Shown here: piece by piece, positions 60,383 through 64,000 of the stretch
How positions within the stretch are numbered: position 1 is the first letter of the stretch
Layout of the letters: each line of letters opens with the position of its first letter
Assembly (NCBI GenBank): GCA_964351315.1
Contig: CAYGNH010000014.1
Coordinates: 3,280 to 67,279 of the forward strand
Reading direction: 5' to 3'
DNA: 64,000 bases
From: an uncultured Pseudobdellovibrionaceae bacterium
Lineage (GTDB): Bacteria > Bdellovibrionota > Bdellovibrionia > Bdellovibrionales > JAGQZY01
Translations under genes and position numbers: made by a program
The notes under the pieces: generated by a model
What the model was told of the DNA's origin: nothing
Seen by the model: only the letters and a program-made list of their open reading frames with translations
Database searches by the model: none

Positions 60383-60871
60383 CTAATTAATTAATTCAGG
60401 TAATTGCAGGCTTCCAATATTGGAGTAACCAGTGGCATTGTTTGGATCACGTGCGATTGTAAATTGATACTCGCTGAATTCATCTAATCTTAAACCGCCA
60501 TCTTTTGTCAGCGCGCCCCGAACAATTAGTATTATCGTTGCATCACCATTAGAGTCTGTAAAAACTACAGACTTCATAAGATATCCACTGATTTGAAAAA
60601 CATAAGTCTGTTTATCAAAAAAATCAGTACCACCTAGTGTAACTATAATATCATGCTCTTCTAAACCTTTAAGGTTTGCCTTTGAGAGTATTGAAATTGG
60701 ATAAGAGGTAACAGTGTCTTCTTCAGAATAATAAAGGTCAGTAGCGCTGAAGTAATCGATTAAAGTAGGGTCGATTTTTACTACTTGTGTGCTGGCTGTC
60801 ACTTTTTGTGAAGTAGCAAAGACGTTAAAAGAAAATCCACTAAGAATTATAAAAAATAAATATTTGTACAT
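60383..60871 (-). CDS. Exported hypothetical protein
   Basis: Signal ending NVFA; AAGGGG RBS. Confidence 0.7.
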   Translation of the reverse strand: MYKYLFFIILSGFSFNVFATSQKVTASTQVVKIDPTLIDYFSATDLYYSEEDTVTSYPISILSKANLKGLEEHDIIVTLGGTDFFDKQTYVFQISGYLMKSVVFTDSNGDATIILIVRGALTKDGGLRLDEFSEYQFTIARDPNNATGYSNIGSLQLPELIN

Positions 60872-61029
60872 TTTTCCCCTTCTTTAAATTATTGTTTTAT
60901 TCCAACATTTAAATCAATACTTCGTCTACAGAATGATAGAATAATAGGCAACCATAAAAGACTGTGTTGTCATCAGCTTGGCTCATATTCGTGCTAGCTC
61001 ATGTTTTTTTGTGTGAGTTGTGTAAATTT

Positions 61030-61253
61030 TTTGTAGCCCCCATCTAGTTGAGGCACCTCCAAATCTGGAGGAAACAATGGAAACCACTCAATAACTAAGA
61101 AGAAGGACCTTTTCAAAGGCCCAAAAAATGGAAATTTTACAGGAAAACATGAAAAAGCCAGACGATATAAATATTGATGAAGTCTTAAAAGAAAATGGTC
61201 GATTCAAACTTGAGAACTCAGCTTTAAAAGAAACAGTGAGTGACCTTGCTATT
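61030..61253 (+). mobile_element. Second, internally deleted remnant of the same IS2-like left end
   Basis: CACCTCCAAATCTGGAGGAAACAATGGAAACCAC...GGACCTTTTCAAAGGCC...ATGAAAAAGCCAGACGAT aligns by eye to the reverse complement of about 59530-59839. Confidence 0.8.
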
Positions 61254-61391
61254 CCAAACTCTGACTAACCAAGACGGCGTAAAATTTAAAATAGTAAAGA
61301 TAAAATTATAGGCTATTTTTATCTGTTGATTGAGTATAATATTGGCGACAACTTAGTCATTTTGCTTCACGAACTACCTATTAGGATTTTT

Positions 61392-61931
61392 ATGAAAAAT
61401 TACTTAAAAATTTTGAAATTCGCTATTATTCCATTACTCTTTTCTCACTTTGCCTCTGCTGACCTTACAGAAGGTTTAAAATATGATGAAAGAATTGAGC
61501 TTCCAGGTGAAAATGTTGAAGTGATTGCGCAAGTTGTGTTCACTAATATTTCTTTCGACCTTGGAGATCATGAAAACCTCTATCTATATCCTGTGGATGT
61601 AACCGCGAAAGGCTCTCACACCAATCCAGATCCTTTTATACTAATTGAGATGTGTAGAGACCTTACAGACGGTGCAGCTGATTATTACGCAACTTCGGCA
61701 ACATTAAATAGTGGAGAAACAGTTACAATGACAGCGCCAAGGCCTTTTTTACTTTTTGGTGGTTTAAAAATAATATCTTTTAAAAATTCACATCAATGTG
61801 GTCCTTGGGAATCTCAAATTGCTGATTTCCCACGGGGGACTTCGTATATCCGAAATTTAATTTGTATCAAAACAAATCATCGCTTTATGAGAAGACAGTT
61901 GAGCGATCTATATTCTAATGAATGTTATTAA
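61392..61931 (+). CDS. Exported hypothetical protein
   Basis: Signal ending ASA; ATG 61392 after AGGA. Confidence 0.65.
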   Translation: MKNYLKILKFAIIPLLFSHFASADLTEGLKYDERIELPGENVEVIAQVVFTNISFDLGDHENLYLYPVDVTAKGSHTNPDPFILIEMCRDLTDGAADYYATSATLNSGETVTMTAPRPFLLFGGLKIISFKNSHQCGPWESQIADFPRGTSYIRNLICIKTNHRFMRRQLSDLYSNECY

Positions 61932-62136
61932 GGTATCTGGTCGCCTAACATAACTACAATTGACCCTTTATAAGCAAAAGAATCATAACAGCATTGGTAC
62001 AATCTATAGATTGACACTCACTATCTACTTTTTTGATGGCTTTGTTGTAAACTTTTCCTATAATTTTGCAGATCTGTATATTATCTCCAAATTTTGATAT
62101 AGAAGCCAAAGTCTTTAGTTTAAAAAAGGAGGAGAA

Positions 62137-62523
62137 ATGAAATCTCTACTATTAATTTTTGGCACATTGCTTTCAGCGTCAACTTTTGCTGACACAACGA
62201 TGCTTAAATGTGTTGTTGAAACAAGTCAAACTGGTGATGTTGTAACTGAAACAATGTACATAGAAAACGGATATATTTACGCTCCAGTTTTTGGTGGTGA
62301 CGTTGCCGCTGGTTCAGGAGCAGTTCAAGTGACTCGAATGATGGGTGATGACCTTACCTTTACCTTTGAGAAAGATGTCGAAGAAGGCAAAACCATTGTA
62401 GCTCTCACGAAAATTGGACAGACTCTGTCTCTTGGTCAATGGAAGTACGTGGAAAGAATTGTTCTTGACGGAACTCCAGGCTCTTTGAGAGCGGGCTACT
62501 GCACGTCTCAAAAAGTTAACTAA
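62137..62523 (+). CDS. Small exported beta-rich hypothetical protein
   Basis: AGGAGGAG RBS; signal ending STFA; two cysteines near the ends. Confidence 0.75.
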   Translation: MKSLLLIFGTLLSASTFADTTMLKCVVETSQTGDVVTETMYIENGYIYAPVFGGDVAAGSGAVQVTRMMGDDLTFTFEKDVEEGKTIVALTKIGQTLSLGQWKYVERIVLDGTPGSLRAGYCTSQKVN

Positions 62524-62602
62524 ACTTTGTTCCTTCGATAAAATCAGTCACTTCTTAAGCACATGAGGGCTGCCAATTAGAGCAAATAGTTTTAAGGAAA
62601 GT

Positions 62603-63958
62603 ATGAGAAGCTTAAAGTTTTTTTTAGCAATATTCAGCTTCATGATTCTTCAGGAGTCATGGGGAAGTGAACCTAAAGTTATTTATACAATGGGTAATGC
62701 TTCAGGACTTCTCTCTGTAAATGTACCTTTTGATGTCACTGGTAGCTCACCTCGGCTTCTTCAATATAATTATTCGATTGTTAAACCAAGAGTGCCTGTT
62801 GATTCACCAGTGACAATTGTCTGGCTCGGCGGCGGCCCTGCCGAAGCCCTGGTTAACCATCAACAGTTGGTCTCAGAAATGTTTCCTCCAGAGGTACAGG
62901 TTTTATTGGTCGAGTATCGGGGCTTTGGAGTTAACAAACCTATTGCCTCATCTGGACCAGGCAACGAAGTGACAGAGTTTGTTGATAGTGCTTTTAAAGA
63001 TTTTAATTCTGATACAATCACCACTGATGTGATTGAAGTGTTAAAAAGCGAGAAAATTGAGAAATATATTCTTTTTGGACAAAGCTTTGGGACTATAGTA
63101 GCGACAAAACTAGCTGCTTTATCTGAGCAAAATGGATTAAAAAAGCCATTTAGAGTGGTACTGGAGGGAAGTATTGCGAAATCTCCAACACTGGAAGAGG
63201 CTCAAGAAACAGCTAAGTTATTTAATGTTCTCCTAAAGCAACTCGATACTGCTGCTCATAAAGTCTTACAGGATAGTAAATCTTTTGATTATACAAGAGC
63301 TGAATGGGACATACTTTTTAGGTATTTTGTTTTAGCTAATGGCGGGGATTTTGCCGTAGATCAATTTAATACATTGATCCCTTATTTCTATGGGACACTT
63401 GAGCAAATTGAAGCTGGCAAAGCATACGTCGCCCCATTAATTAAGGCAGCAAAGGATGCACTTGGCGAATCGTACAAGGAGTACGGACAGCATGAACAAA
63501 GTTTTGAATCTTTGGCAACATTGGCCCAGAGACAAATTGCTCCAAAAATTTTGCTGTCAGAAATTCGCTATGACTCTGCCGAACTTGTTCTTAGAGATGG
63601 AACTTACTCAGTAGAACAAAATCAATTTGATGAGAGCTTAATTAAACACTTCAATCCATTTGATTCTTCAAAATGGCAAATATCCTCTCCGGTATATTAC
63701 ATACATGGAGAGTTGGATACTGCCACCTATCTTGGTACAGGGAAGAGTCACGCAAACTCTCAGTTTTCCACACCATTTAAGTGTTTTTCTGTGGTTGAAA
63801 ATGTAGGTCATTCACCACTTTCGATGTTGGATAGCTCAATGAAACATCAAGTTTGGCTGAAAGTGATTTCAGGTAAATTGCTCAATGAAGTAATACCAAA
63901 CTCCAAGTTGGACCTATCTACTTCAAGTGAGACTTGTAAGTCTTTACTAGAAAACTAA
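62603..63958 (+). CDS. Exported alpha/beta hydrolase (S33 peptidase-like)
   Basis: WLGGGPA, EYRGFG, GQSFG, HGELD, NVGHS. Confidence 0.8.
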   Translation: MRSLKFFLAIFSFMILQESWGSEPKVIYTMGNASGLLSVNVPFDVTGSSPRLLQYNYSIVKPRVPVDSPVTIVWLGGGPAEALVNHQQLVSEMFPPEVQVLLVEYRGFGVNKPIASSGPGNEVTEFVDSAFKDFNSDTITTDVIEVLKSEKIEKYILFGQSFGTIVATKLAALSEQNGLKKPFRVVLEGSIAKSPTLEEAQETAKLFNVLLKQLDTAAHKVLQDSKSFDYTRAEWDILFRYFVLANGGDFAVDQFNTLIPYFYGTLEQIEAGKAYVAPLIKAAKDALGESYKEYGQHEQSFESLATLAQRQIAPKILLSEIRYDSAELVLRDGTYSVEQNQFDESLIKHFNPFDSSKWQISSPVYYIHGELDTATYLGTGKSHANSQFSTPFKCFSVVENVGHSPLSMLDSSMKHQVWLKVISGKLLNEVIPNSKLDLSTSSETCKSLLEN

Positions 63959-64000
63959 AGGTTACTGGCTGTCGTACCAATCTCTAAATGAAGTTGACGT

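Overview
Bacterial chromosomal window, most likely from a Bdellovibrionota-type predator (inferred from a TIGR02147/DUF4423 protein, AYQNC-type signal peptides and many orphan exported proteins). About 1-50.4 kb is core-like: an AAA/MscS pair; gcdH divergent from a fused 2-oxoacid dehydrogenase E1 and a FabD-like gene; a 12.4 kb operon of an outer-membrane barrel plus three giant lipoproteins; an alpha-carbonic anhydrase homolog lacking its zinc ligands; a DUF1585/DUF1501-like cytochrome c cluster; an SRAP-imuA-imuB-dnaE2 cassette; proteases and hydrolases; and mutM. From 50.7 kb the DNA looks AT-richer and accessory. The main observation is four near-identical 134-135 bp non-coding direct repeats (50708, 51976, 57168, 58883) separating unrelated cargo blocks of 1.1, 5.1 and 1.6 kb. 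No copy is flanked by a target duplication, and junctions cut through genes, including two tyrosine-recombinase fragments. One block also carries a stranded tRNA-Gly att site. This resembles a DNA-fragment capture array stocked with exported-protein genes. Decayed IS2-like remnants follow, one internally inverted. All calls are by eye from motifs; no searches were run.
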